A DNA stretch of 64,000 bases from the human T2T-CHM13v2.0 reference genome, Homo sapiens. Position numbers and translations under genes: made by a program. The stretch is from assembly GCF_009914755.1 (NCBI RefSeq), contig NC_060925.1, one strand, 5' to 3'. The notes under the pieces were generated by a model that was given only the letters and a program-made list of their open reading frames with translations, made no database searches and was not told the origin of the DNA. Shown one piece after another: positions 43,365-55,700 of this stretch (the first letter of the stretch is position 1; each line of letters starts with the position of its first letter).

Positions 43365-46300
43365 GCCCTACGCCAGGCTGGGGGAACACTCACCAGAGAT
43401 CTGCAGGGAAAGGCAGGGGAGGGAGAGGGGGCAGGAGAAAGGCAGGAAGAGAGAAGCAAGCTGGGGTTAATGCTCCCAGAACCCTCTGGGTCTGGCCCAG
43501 TCATTGCCACTCCCTGAGGCGGCCCGCTAGGTCTCTCACACCGGCTGGGGGAGGAGTCAAGCCTCTAAACAACAGCTCTTTGAAACCTCAGTGTTTCCTG
43601 ATCTGTGTGGAGCTGATGTCATTCCTCACATTGGAGACAGGGTGAGTCCAAGGGAGGAAAGAGAATGCCCAGCTGCTGCCTCCTTTTTTCCCCTCCCACC
43701 CGCTCTGCCCCACCTCATCACCATATACCTGTGGTTGGGGAACAGGAAGCAAGCTGGCTTAAAATAGCCTCCGGCTTGTGCCACCTTACACCAGGTTCTA
43801 GCTGGGGGCTTCCACTCGCTTCTGCAGGTTGCACACACGACAGGCCCTCCTCCATCCAAATGCGGACCCCTTCATCCAGTGTAGCTTTACTTTGACACCT
43901 GGGACCGAGTCAGATTCCTCCCTTCCTTAACAACCCCAAGTTGTCTGACACCCTAGGAAAGCCTATAGGGAGCAATTATACCCTTCCTTTGACTGCTCAG
44001 GGCAATGCAAATCCCATCCTCACCATGCAGAGAAGAGACAGCAAAGAGGGTTCTTTTAGCCAACAGGCTCTTTTATTTAGCACCTATGCTGGGCAAAGGG
44101 TTGAGAGGTAGATACAAAAGGGTAAAGACATGGTTTCTTCCCTGGCACATAAGTCTGAGGTAGAGGCTGAGGCTGGATCTGCCCCAGCTGGACACGCTGT
44201 CCCCCACCTCTGGCTGACCCGGCCCTCAGCAGGAGCCAGGGGCCGCTCTGGTATCTGTTGCAGTCTGGCTGGGGAAGAGAGGGAGCTTCAGGAGCTCAGC
44301 TTCAGTCTGCAAGAGTATCCCTTTCTCCAAAGGCTCATTTAGGTTTCCCTAGCCTTAACCACCTGCAGATTTTTCCAGTTCACCTCTCTGCCCTTCCTCT
44401 GCCCCTGGGCCTATGGAAAGGGAGCAGAAGTGCACTCAAGCCACTCAAGCGGAGAAGCTGAGAACAAAGGAAGGAAAGCGCCCTGCGTGGAGGTCAGGCC
44501 GGGGCCTGGTCTGAATCACTCCTCTCTCCAGGAAGAACATGGGGGCAAGCAGGTGAGTGAAGCCCAAGTGCTGCGGGGAAGGAGGGAGGCACAGGGCTAT
44601 GCTGAAGGGGTTTGGAATAGGGAAGCATGAGGCGCCTCCCTTCTCCAGCCCCTCAAGCAATAGAGATTGCATAGGATGTCCTGGGTTACCCCAGCAAGGC
44701 ACATGTGCAAAGTGGTTTCACTGCCTTTGAGGAATGTGGCATGGCCCAGATGGTGGCTCTCTGGACAGTTCCACTGGTCTGGACAACCTTGCCCTTTTGG
44801 AAAAACTTCCTTCGTGTTTCTCCAGACAGAGCCAAGGCCCACACCAAGCACAGTGCCCGGTGGATCCAAGTCCTGTCAAGATTCTCCCCTCCCTCAGCCT
44901 CTCAGCGTCCCGGTAATACAGCTAATAGCTGTAATTAATAGGTGCAATGCATTTCCACTGGCCAGCTGGATGGGCAGGAGGCCCAGCTTGAGTCAGCATG
45001 GGTAGGTAGGCTGGTTATTTAATAACCCGATTTCCAGCATCATTTACACACCCACTCTGGTGGAGTATATATAGTTAGCAGAGAGCAACCTCCAGGATAT
45101 ATATAGAGCCAAGACACAACTACTATATTTCTAGATCTATCCCCTGCAGCTATCTCTGGATCCCTCCTGTGACAAACCTAGAGAGAGACGGGGATCCAAT
45201 CTGGGACTTAGGTGGCCTGGGTTCTATTCCTGGCTCTGATGCTAACATGCTGTGTCATCCTAAGCAAGTGGCTACATCTCTCTGGGCCTTCATTACCTCA
45301 TTTCAGTGTACCAGGAGATTAGGCAAGATTTAACACTAAGACCCCAAACCTAAGGGGCTGGAATCCTAACTTGATCCGGAAGGAGGGAGGGAGGGCAGGT
45401 GGATTCCCGTGTAATCAGTTATTGTCACACGTGCACTTCTCTTGCTGGGGATATAAGTCAAGGGTATGATCAACAAAGCAGTCCCATGATTATTGAAAAA
45501 TACATGGGGAGAAATTGACAGGCACAACAAGGCTAATCTGGGAAGGAACTCCCAACTAAAACAAGCCAGGCAGGTAGCAGCCCCACAAACAGGTCAAGGT
45601 GCAGCTCAGGGTCTCTGGCCCCAGAGTGCATCGATCCCCTTTCCTTTTCACCCCACTTCCTTTTCAATGACTGTTCTTTCTTAAAAACAGCAGAATATAC
45701 CCCCTTAAATGACCCGTTCCTCCCCAGGGTCCTTTGGGGGAATTTAAGAAAATCCTGGCTTTTTTTGCTCAGCTTGTCACTGTAGGGAAGGATGGGGAGT
45801 GAGGTCACAGGAACCAGAACCTACACATCAGAGGAAAGGAGAGCTAATGAAGCTGGCCAGGAGCTGGGCTAGGGGCTGTAGCCTGGCTCCCGAGAGGTGT
45901 TCGAGGGCTGGCTGCCTCAGTGGGATTCCTGGGTCCTTGTATCTAAGAGTAGAAAGTATCATAAACAGGGCCTGGTTATTCTGCTCAGATCTTTGCTCTA
46001 AAGTGCTCTGGTTATCCTTCCTCTTCTCTAACAGGGTCTCTAAAAGGGTCCTCACTGTAAGGTGCACAACTCCATGCCCCGGAGGCTGCCTGGGCTCTGT
46101 CTGCAGCATGCAGATTGCCGGGCCAGCCCCTGAAGTGGGGGGACATGGGGCAGAGAATTCCAACCCATTTCAGTATCCCTGCCCGCTGTGAACCCCACTC
46201 CTCCCTCAGAGTCCCCAGCAGCAGGTACCTGGGGAGTCCCTCTGCCAGGCTGTGGTCTCTGCTCCTCTCTGCTTTGCTCGAGCAGGAGTCCTGTCGACTC

Positions 46301-47602
46301 TCTTCCCTGACTTTACCCCTTCACCCTTGGCAGAGGGCTCCAGTACCAGCTGGAGGCTCCCTGAAGTCAGGTCCCCTTGCTGCGTCTATTTGAGGGGGAG
46401 GAGTCTGGACTAGCACCTGGGTCCACTCCCCACTCATCAGAGCTCATCATGGGAACTCCCCTCCCATCCTCCCCCTCCTTTTCCATGCCCATAGTCCAGG
46501 AGGGACTAAGGAATGGAAAAACAGCCCCCAGAAAAACAGAAGCCCAGAATAGGATGGAGAGGCAGGGTGGACACTGGACAAACCTCCTGCTACCACACAG
46601 TTGGCTGCATCTGACTGCAAGCTGTTGGCCCTGGCTTCTTCCCCATCCTCCTCTCTGGCTTTTTCCCAGCTCAGGTCCAAGATGGTTTACGGTCTGGGGG
46701 CACAGACGATGCCCTGCCCAGCCAGCTTTGTGGGAGCCAAGCAGAAGAGATGCCAATCCATAGAGCATCCGTCCTCCCCCACCACTAGGAGGTTCCTCGG
46801 CCTCCCTGCTGATCCTTTCCCTTGGCCTGACCCCCACATCTCTCTGTGCCAGATACTCTCCTGGGGTCCTCCAACCCTTGCACCTCTGGCAAAAATGGGG
46901 CAGTGAGTCAGAGACAGCATGAACATGTGGAAGAACCAAGAGAAAGAGGAGACTCAGAGCAGGCCAGAAAGTAAGATAAAGAGAAATCCAGGGCCCCAGG
47001 CTTGCAGACCACAAACTCCTAGGTGTCTCGAATTTTGGCAATGTCCTTCATCAGAGTGGGCGGCAGCGGGGGTGGAAGGCTAGGAAGCTATTTAAAAGTG
47101 CTGGGGCATGCCAGCAATTCTCTGATAAACAAGAAGAGGGATATTGCGCCCCCCACGACCCATCCCTTCATCTCCCAAGGCAGAGAGCAGAGGCACTCTC
47201 AGCAAGGCAACCCCCACCTTAACTCCCCGCCACCCCCCACCCCAGGTAAAGGGCAAAAGAGAAGTGACCCAGTAAGGAGGGTGTGCCCTCGACGCCTCTA
47301 GAACAAAGCTGAGCCCTCCGCCCCCTCCCCGGCTCCCTTAGCACCGCGTCTCAGTAATTAAAATATGAATTCACCTTCCCTCCCTGAGCCATTCATCACT
47401 GCGAAGGGAAGCAGCTGCGGCTTAGGAGACCGGATTTGGGGGATTAGCTCGGGCGGTGGAGCAGACACACCAGGAGAAAGAATTAAAAACGAAGGGGGTG
47501 AATTGGGTTTTCTCTCCCCACCTCCTCCCTCTCCCTCTCCCTCTGGCCGCCACGGAGCCTCCTTCCCCACCCCTTCCCCCAAAGCCTAGCCTCTGCAGGT
47601 TT

Positions 47603-47681
47603 CTGGGAACTGTAGTCTACAAGACCGTGTTGATAAACAGGCAGGCCAGGGGTGGGTGGTGGCACAAACTACAGATCCCAG
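47603..47681. promoter_or_regulatory. Divergent pair of ACTACAnnTCCCAG (ZNF143/THAP11-associated) motifs
   Basis: ACTACAGTTCCCAG on - (47603-47616) and ACTACAGATCCCAG on + (47668-47681). Confidence 0.55.
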
Positions 47682-49479
47682 GACTTCTTCCCGGAGTTGG
47701 CACCAGCAAAACTGGGCACAGACCTCCAGTCTGGGAGAAGCCCGCATTCTCCTTGGAGGTTAACTCCTTCTTGGCCTGCTTGAGCCTGAGCTCTAGCCTC
47801 TGGCTCACCGAGCTCTCTGGAATCACAGGCCAAGGCCTCTGCCTCCAATGGCCTTCAGAGACCACAGACCCTAGCTTGCCAGACCAGCCACCCTTGTATC
47901 TTGCTTGCCCACCTATGGAGAAAGCTCCCTCCACTTTTTCCAGACTGCAAGGGCAGCCAAGCATTCTCAGTGGTTCTCAGATTCTTGGGAGCTGGAGAGG
48001 TCAGAGCAGCAATAGTCCTGAAATGTCTTTGTGGCCTGCACTCAGTGTTTTCCAGCCTGGCTCGGCAGAGGCTGGCCCACCGTAAGAGTGGGCAACGTGA
48101 CAGGCAGCAGCAGCTGGGAACCTGGTGGACCAGACTGTCAGCGCCAGAATGAACCCCAAAGGTCAAACTTTAGTGTCAAACTTTCGAAAGATGGGGAGAG
48201 AGACTTTTTTTCCCCAATAGTCTTTATATTTAGGAAGGAGTAGGGCTTAGTAGTCAAACTCTATTTCCACTAAAAATGGAACAAATACAATAAGAGAGAG
48301 TCATCTGAATTCAGTGTTGTTAAACATGGGCCCACTCTCGCAAGGGAGGCCTTATGCTGGGTATATCTGAGGACTGTAAAAAAGACTTAGATTGCTGGGA
48401 ATAAAGTTTCAGCCGTCTGCAGGCAGGGGACAGGACACACACAGCCCTCTGATCTGTGAATCCTCCAGGGAGAAGGGACATGAGGGCAACTTGCTTATTC
48501 AATGCAATTGAACAATCATGTGAAATATACAATCACATATCTTCTCCAGGCCTGTCCCACTGGCAGTAGCCAAGAGACAAAGAATAGAATGGAGATCCAC
48601 CTTTGTAACCCCCAGAAGCAATCCAGGCCCAGCCCCAGCAAAGCGAGGACTGTCTCGGGTGAGTTGCTGAGCTGTGGGCTTGCTCTATGTCCCTGCTGGT
48701 GGCAACTTACCTCTTTTACCCCATCCATCTTTTCTCCCAGTTCGTACTTCATTCAACAAACATTTACTCAGCCATCCCTACAAAGTCCCTTGCCTTGCTA
48801 GAGCTTTACAGAGGTATAATCTCTGGAATGGCTCATCTGTACCCTTCCTCCTAGGCTGAGCCCAGTGCTGGGGACTACCCGGGCAAACTGAACAACAGGA
48901 TTCCCGGGAGGGGCCCAGTTGCAGGGGGCAGGAAGGTGGCATGGCTCTAACCTGGCTTTCCAGTTAGGAGATCAGGAGTTAAGGGAAGGAAATCAGGTGC
49001 CTGGACAGCCTCAGAGCAGGGTAGGGAATAGGATAGGCTCACTGTGGGCCCAGGGCAGCTGGACAATGAGGGAGGTGGAGGAAGGTGCCAGCCATCTCTG
49101 AACTCTGGGTGAGAGAACCCAGAGGGCAAGTAAGAAACCCTGGCCAATTCTCATGCCTTGTTCCTTTCACCATCTAAGCTGGGGCAGGAGGGGAAGTAGC
49201 CTGGATCAGCCCCAGCAAAAACCCAGCTGGCTTGGGATTTCTCTTTGCTTCTCCTATTGTTCTGATCCCCCGGCTCCCCCCGACCTCCTGTGGGAAAAGG
49301 AAAACCAGTGATGGACAAAGGGTGATTGGAGTTGGGCCACGGGGCCAATTTGTGGACGTGCATCCAATAGAGATCTCGTGAGAACAACCTCCCGTCTGGG
49401 TACAGCACTCCCTGGTTTTCAGAGTACTTTCCCATGCACTGGTGTTGGCTCTCCCAATATGCAGCATGATGTGCTAAGA

Positions 49480-49700
49480 GCATGGGTTTTGGCACCAGAC
49501 CACGTGGGTTCACGTCCCAGTTGTGCTCCTTCCTATCCATATGAACGTGGGCCAATTTCTTAGCTCCCTGTGCCTCAGAATTCCCATAAGTTAAATAGGC
49601 TAACAGTAGACAGGACTGTCTTGAGGATGAAATGGGTTAGTGCAGGTGAGGCGGTTAGAATCATGGGGTACATAGTAGGTACCCAGTAAGTGTTGGTTGG
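49480..49700 (+). mobile_element. MIR
   Basis: gggttcacgtcccagttgtgc ... ctgtgcctcag ... catagtaggtaccca. Confidence 0.7.
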
Positions 49701-50642
49701 TGAAATTAAGGGCTCTGAGATATTATAAGAAACTTGCCTTCTGATTGTCAATACCAAATCTAGTGCTTTCTGTGATTCTTCAGTGGTCTGTCTTAGACAG
49801 ACTGGGGACTGGAACAGGGAGTAGGAGGCGGGGTACGAGGATGCTTCCTCTTCCACCACAGCCACCTGTTGGAATCTTCCAGGATGGGAGGGCTAAAATC
49901 AGGCCGATTTAAAAGGGGGCAGGGGAAGGAATGTGGGAGTGGCGACAGGCATAGGGAGGAGCCAGGCAAGCTGAGTGACAAGCAGGACGGGGGCAGGGAG
50001 GGCTGGTGCCCTTCACACACCGCAGGAGGGGGCAGCTCCTGGAGATGGTAGCACACCAGGAGCCAGGGACCCTGGAGTCCAGCCTGTCGCCCGGGGGAGC
50101 GCCCTGCCTTCCTAGTTTCACTCTGCAGACACCTCCTCTTCCCTCGTGGCCGGCATGGAGTGTTCCCATTTCAGCCTCAGAAAGAGCCCAGAGGTCTCCT
50201 TACACAGAAAAAAGGCTGCAGATTCCAAGCTGACCTCAGAGAAAGGAGTGAAGGAGTGAGGTTTTCCTGGAGGCACTGAGCAAAGGCCCAAGTCTTCATG
50301 GCCTGAGGCCCTTGACTTCAGCCCCCAAATCTCTGGCCATAAGCCAGGCCTCAGTAATTTGGCAAGGGGGAAGGAACCGACTCAGAAAGCTCAGCACACC
50401 CTGAAGGTCTCCTTCCTTCCTCAGAGGGAATCTCCCTCTGGAACCACCGGCCCAGTCTCTTCATTCCAGAGTGAGGAAACAGGGCCAGAAGGGAAGTGAC
50501 TGGGCCAAGGTCACACGGCTTAGCCCCGATCCCAGGTTACCAGATCCCGTGATGCCCCACCCCCAAGCAAAGCCTCCTTCTGGTGCCCCTTGGTGGCTGG
50601 CTCCGAACCTGGTCCCATGGGAGGTGCAGCTGCGCAGGAGAA

Positions 50643-50739
50643 GGAGCTCGCCCCTCACTGTAGCCCATGGCTTTTAGCCCTACATGAGTTTGGGACAGCA
50701 ATCACATAGGAATGAAAAGCCATAGGCCACAGCAGAGTG
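50643..50739 (-). ncRNA. MIR135B: pre-miR-135b hairpin; 5p UAUGGCUUUUCAUUCCUAUGUGA at 50702-50724, 3p AUGUAGGGCUAAAAGCCAUGGG at 50664-50685
   Basis: Exact match to the mature miR-135b sequence; complementary arms; CNNC motif (CUCC) 18 nt downstream of the 3p end. Confidence 0.98.
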
Positions 50740-51911
50740 GAGGGGTCCAGCGGCAGGAATCTCATAGGGAAGCGAGAAGCTGGGGCACCCGAGAAGCCCT
50801 CACTCCCCTTCTCAGCACCCCCGACCCCAGACCCACCCACACTGCCTCCCTCCAGGACTGGGCCCCCCAGGTTAAATTCTCTCACCATCTTCCACCACCT
50901 GCACTAAAGCCATCCCAGTAATGAGTTTCCAGTTCTTGCCCTACAAAGGCCTCACACAATGGTCCTCACTCCAGGGTATGAGGAGGGGTGGCTTCCTGGC
51001 CATAAAGGACCTCCTCAAATTCCCTTAATTAGCTTCCAGCCCCCTGCCCAGGGTCCTTAACTACCCCTTCCCTAGAGAATAAGGCCGGATCTTTTCAAGG
51101 CTGCTGCTGCCAGTACCCAGGATGGGGGGCCCCAGGTTAGGCTCCCTCTTTACAAAGCTTAACTCTTTCTAGTCCAGCCACTGGAAGCACAGAGGGCAAA
51201 GGAGGGTCTGGGTAAAGGAGGGCAGCGATGAGGACCTACCCTTTGTTTAGAGGGGTTAAATAGGTTTCTTGAGTGCCCCCAGGGGTGGGGGCTGGGCCAA
51301 CCTACCCAGACCAGTCTGGGTGGTTACCGACAACACCCATTCTTGCGTAGTTTAGAGGAGAGTGAGATCTCTGTCTCCAGACCTGGTTGGAGTCAGAAAG
51401 AGGGCTTCAGCTGAAACCTCCCCAAGCTGAGGGCAGCTCACTCTGGAGCCATCCCTGACAAGGCTGTGGGAGGGGTGCGCAGTGCCCTGCCGCTCTCATT
51501 GGCAGGACATGGGGGTTAGCACAGACATCTCTAGGACTGGATTGAAGAGCTGAGTTAAGGCGAACCAAGGTCTCAGGGCCCTGGAAAAGGTGTGTTCTAA
51601 TCACAAGTGCTATTTCCCCACCCGCTCCCATGACGGGTCAGCTGCAGGCATCAGCTTCAGAGAAGTGGGCTTCTAGGGCTCCTGCTAGCCCAGGCTCAGG
51701 AAAGCCCCAGGGGCCTCAGACCTCTCCCAGGGGCCCCCAAGAAGATGGTAAGAGGCCCCAGGCCCAGATCAGGCCCTGCCTCTGCCAGGGAGTAGCTGCC
51801 TCTCCCACCCCAACTGTACCCTCAGCCCCAGGGCAACACTTGCCGGCTCCCTGCACAACCCTGGTAGAAGCAACCTGTTTTCACTGGACAGGAATCCTGC
51901 ATTCCCCAACA

Positions 51912-51957
51912 ACAGCACAGCACAGCACAGCACACAGCACACAGCACAGCACAGCAC
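51912..51957 (+). repeat. (CAGCA)n pentanucleotide repeat
   Basis: acagcacagcacagcacagcac... Confidence 0.9.
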
Positions 51958-52208
51958 GCCCCTCCACACACTCCAGACATGCCCAACCTTCAGGGCCAAA
52001 CAACCAGGCATCCTGCGGCCTCCCACCTGAACTTTGGGCCATCTGCCCCAGCCCCAACCCCCTCTGGTTCTCCTTTCCTTCCTCTCTCATGGGCCCCCAG
52101 AACCCCAGACCCAGGCCCTGCATAAAGCCATGGACTCTAGGCAGAATGCCCTCAGCTCCCTCCCAAGGGATGCTGGGCCAGGGGCTGGGGGTCCCAGGGG
52201 CTGCTCAC

Positions 52209-52290
52209 CTGGCGGACTCAACAAGGCCCCCTTTCCCTCGCAGTCCGCCTCACAATTCCCCGCAGAGCCACTTCCTGCCTTCCAGGCAGC
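52209..52290 (-). other. Candidate distal first exon for LEMD1/BLACAT1/pri-miR-135b (5' end approximate)
   Basis: Donor CAG|gtgagc at 52208, 1.5 kb upstream of the miRNA. ETS core near 52270, AP-1 TGACTCA 52402-52408 and GC boxes upstream. Confidence 0.55.
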
Positions 52291-52624
52291 CACTCACTCC
52301 TCCACTCACCCCGAGAAGCTCCACGCCCCAGCGAGGGCAGGCCTCCTCCCTCCCCCTGCCCGCCCACCACCGGCCAGGGCTGAGCTGTACCCAACTCAAC
52401 TTGACTCACTTGTGACCGGCCCCTCCCCCAGCCCTGAGGACGGTGGGGGTGGGGGTGGGGGCGGGCTGGGCAGGCGGGGCAGCCAGGTATTCCTTCAACC
52501 CTGACTTGGGCCTGAGTAACAAAGGTCTCATTGAGCCTCTGGCTGTCTGGTCGGTGAAGCACAAACCTCTTGTATCTACTGGCTTTTGATCTCACTCCCT
52601 CTGAACCAGCCATGTATTACTCAC

Positions 52625-52732
52625 GTCCCCCTGCCGGGCTATTGGTGCAGAGGGGCTGTTTGGTCCCTCCCTCCCTCCCCATCTCCTTTCTCTCCTTCCT
52701 TCCCCTGCCGCTCCCCTCCAGCTTTTTTATAG
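52625..52732 (-). promoter_or_regulatory. TATA box plus candidate ~75-nt first exon
   Basis: CTATAAAAAAG with TATA starting at 52731, predicting a TSS near 52700; donor GAC|gtgagt at 52624-52619. Confidence 0.5.
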
Positions 52733-55700
52733 TTTAATTTTTGGCAGGAGACCTGAGACGGCTCCCTGCAGGCCCCCCTCTCCTGCCTGGCCCCCCTCCC
52801 CTTCTCCGCAGCCCTGGTTCCTCTCCTCACCCATACCCCTATTCTGCTCCCACCACTCCCCTGCCCTGGGAGGACAAGGTCAGCACTTATCTGTCCTTCC
52901 ATTTCCTTTCTCAGACCTGCTCGAGCCTGGCCCCCTCCACCCACCCTCACCCAGTCCTGCGCTCGGATTCCCAGCCATAGCCTGCCAATCCCAGCTGCCT
53001 ATCCCTGGGCACATGAAGGGCTCAGCCCCTGGCCTGCCTACCAATCCCAGCCCACCTGACAAGCCCCAAGTAAGCTGTGGAAGTAGGGCATCTCTCTCTA
53101 AGGTGTGTCTGGGCCAGAGGGACTGGGCTGGGGATGGAGGTGGGGACAGCCATCATGTCTCAGGCTGGAGTGAACCTCACTTGAAATATGGAGAAAGAGG
53201 AAGCAGGTCAAGCCTCACCTCCTTTCCCGAGGAAAACCCTGCTTCCTCCAATCCCGAGAACCTGGGCAGTGAAAGGCCACTGCTGGGCGAGAACCTCGAG
53301 GACTCCCTCTCCTCAAGATGGGGCCATGCCCACGATTCCTGTCTCCTCTGTGGCCACCACAACCTTTCTGCAGCTTGCTGGTGGTGAGAACTGGGGCCCA
53401 GCAGCCCAAGGGGCCCAAGGGATATCCACTGTGTATAAGGGCCACCTCACAGGGCCACTGGAACATTTTCTCTTTAGCTTCCCCTGGCTCTGTCCCCCAG
53501 GATCCCTTTCCTCCCTTTCCTCCTTGGCCACTCCAGGGAGAGAGGCAGTCACCTTTGAGGTCTGAGCTCTCCCCAGAAATGCCAACAGATGCTAAGAATT
53601 CCCATGGTGGCCAATTCTAGAGCCTTGCCCATCCCCCACACCTACCACCAGTGGCCTCCTCTCCACTTCAGGAGTTTCCACCCCTCCCTAGCCCTCAGGT
53701 ACTCCCATTCAGCCGGATTTGGGAAACTTCTGCCCCAACAGAGGCCCCATTCTTCCTGCCGCAGGCTCCCATTGTCCCTCATGACTCCACACATTCTTGG
53801 GCCTCTGATGAGAAGTGGAGACAGCCACCCGCCCTGCTTGCCTGCCCTTGCTGTCAGCACAGCCTGGGCCCTGCCGCCTGTGGCAGGAGTTGGGGGGAGT
53901 GGTCGGGGGGGTAACCAAGAGGGAATAAAAGGAGGTGGGAGACAAAACAGGAGTGAGGGGGAGATGGAACTGAGAGACACAGAATGGAGACACTGAGAGA
54001 AATTGTGAAGAAGAGGACAGAGGTGATAGCAGATGGAAATGCAGAAGAAACTCAATGGGAGAAAAAAGGCGAGAAGGGGAAAAGCAACTTTTTTTTTTTA
54101 GTGAAAACTGTGTCATGCATCTAGGTCCCCCTTAATGATCATCTTTCAGTAACACAAATATTTATTATTATTATTCCCATTGGGTAGATGAGAAAACTGA
54201 GGTTGATGGAGGCTACAACTTGCCTGGATGGGCATTTTTTGCTCTTAGAGGAGAGGGTAGGAGAAGCCTGAGAGAGAGAAAGCAGAGAGCCAGAAAAGAA
54301 GAATGCTGACAAAGAGAAACTGGAGGCAGAGGTGGAGCACAGGCAGAACCGGAGGCAGCAGGGAGAGATGAGGGGGCCTGGGGCAAGAGGCGGAGGGAGG
54401 GCTGGGGAGAAGAGACCTCAGGTGTCCCTGGCCTGATTGGCTGGTGGGTGTGCCCTCCCCTCCTCTGTAGTAACAAGTCCCTTAATCTTAGTGCAAGCTG
54501 CAGAAGCCAGGTCCAGCATGAAAACTAAAGCCTGTTTCACTGGGGAGCAGGCTGCAGCAACTCCCTTTTTAGGGAGCCCCCAGTCCCACCATTTCCTTCA
54601 AGGGCACACAGTCACCACCCTGGACCTCAGCCCACATCAGGGCACTGGTTGGAGATGGCTCTGGTTGAGGCTAAGCCAGGAGGAGAACTCCTTTGCCAGA
54701 AAAGTGAACCATTACCCCTCCGCAGCAGAGAAAGTCACAGAGGGAAGGGCCAGGGGGGCAAACTGGGCTCAGTCCAAGAAAGGAAAGAAGTAGGACTGTT
54801 CCAACAGGAGCCAGTGGGCTCCCTGTCACCAGAGATCATCAAACATAGGGTGCACAGCCACTTCTCAGACCCACTGCCTGGCACACAGTAGCTGCTCAAT
54901 AAATGGTAAGCTAATGTAGAAGGGATCCTTGCATCTGGAATTAAGTTAGACAGATAAAACCTAAGGTCCCAACAACTCCAAAATTTCATGAGTCTACGTT
55001 GGAGCTTACTCATCCTCTCAGAGCCTTTCATAGACTTATGTACCCTTTGCAGGGACTTAGAGCTCAGCAGACCTGCCTTTGCCTATGGTGGAAGGGAACC
55101 AGGACATTAGGAAGATACTAAATAAAAGCCACTTGCTTTTACCACCCCACATATACTCCAATCCAAAAAGACTAAATCAGAAGCATTTCACATTATTCTA
55201 TGGATGTTGGCTGAATGGTATAGGTATACATTCAATGAATGAATGAATGGCTGATAAAGCTTGGAAACAAGAGCAAGAGATCTAAGCTCTCCTGTATTTC
55301 AGGCTTGGTGTGTGCTTGGAGCTCCCTTATGCCTGTCCCCTCAGGGAAGAGAGTCCCTGGGCTGGAACAGGTTATGGGGTGTGAGTGGGCAGCAAAGCCT
55401 GGAAATCTAATTCCACTCACATGGGGGTGGGAAGGCACTGCTGAAACTTCAGAGAGCCTCAGGGGATCTGATTCTGCTATCTGCCCCAAACAAGCCTGCA
55501 GATTCGGAGTTGTGGTTGAGACGGATCTGTGGGTGCAGTCCCTGGCCCAGAACCAACGCACGAGAAGGCTAGTTTCATGAAGATGGACCCAGCAGGCTCC
55601 CACATACATTGTCCTCCAGACCTGCACTAGACCAGCAGTGTGCTTGCTACGGAGAAAGGCCACTAGGTAGCCTTTCCCCATGACTCCGGTCCCCTCTGCT

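Larger units (their letters stand above)
37220..43400 (-). other. BLACAT1: BLACAT1 terminal exon (~6.2 kb, ~6 kb of 3' UTR); includes the segment long studied as the BLACAT1 lncRNA
   Basis: Acceptor at 43400; AATAAA at 37242-37237. Continuity of the exon is inferred, not shown. Confidence 0.65.

Noticed and set aside
43162-43389. 75-aa ORF overlapping the micropeptide
   Set aside because: GTG-initiated alternative frame; the ATG-initiated 33-aa frame is the better-supported one.
49861-49872. CTCF-like CCAACAGGTGGC on the minus strand near MIR135B
   Set aside because: Partial match only; cannot be distinguished from background.
51630-52415. 261-aa Pro/Ser-rich ORF
   Set aside because: Low-complexity, runs through the (CAGCA)n repeat, no recognisable homology.
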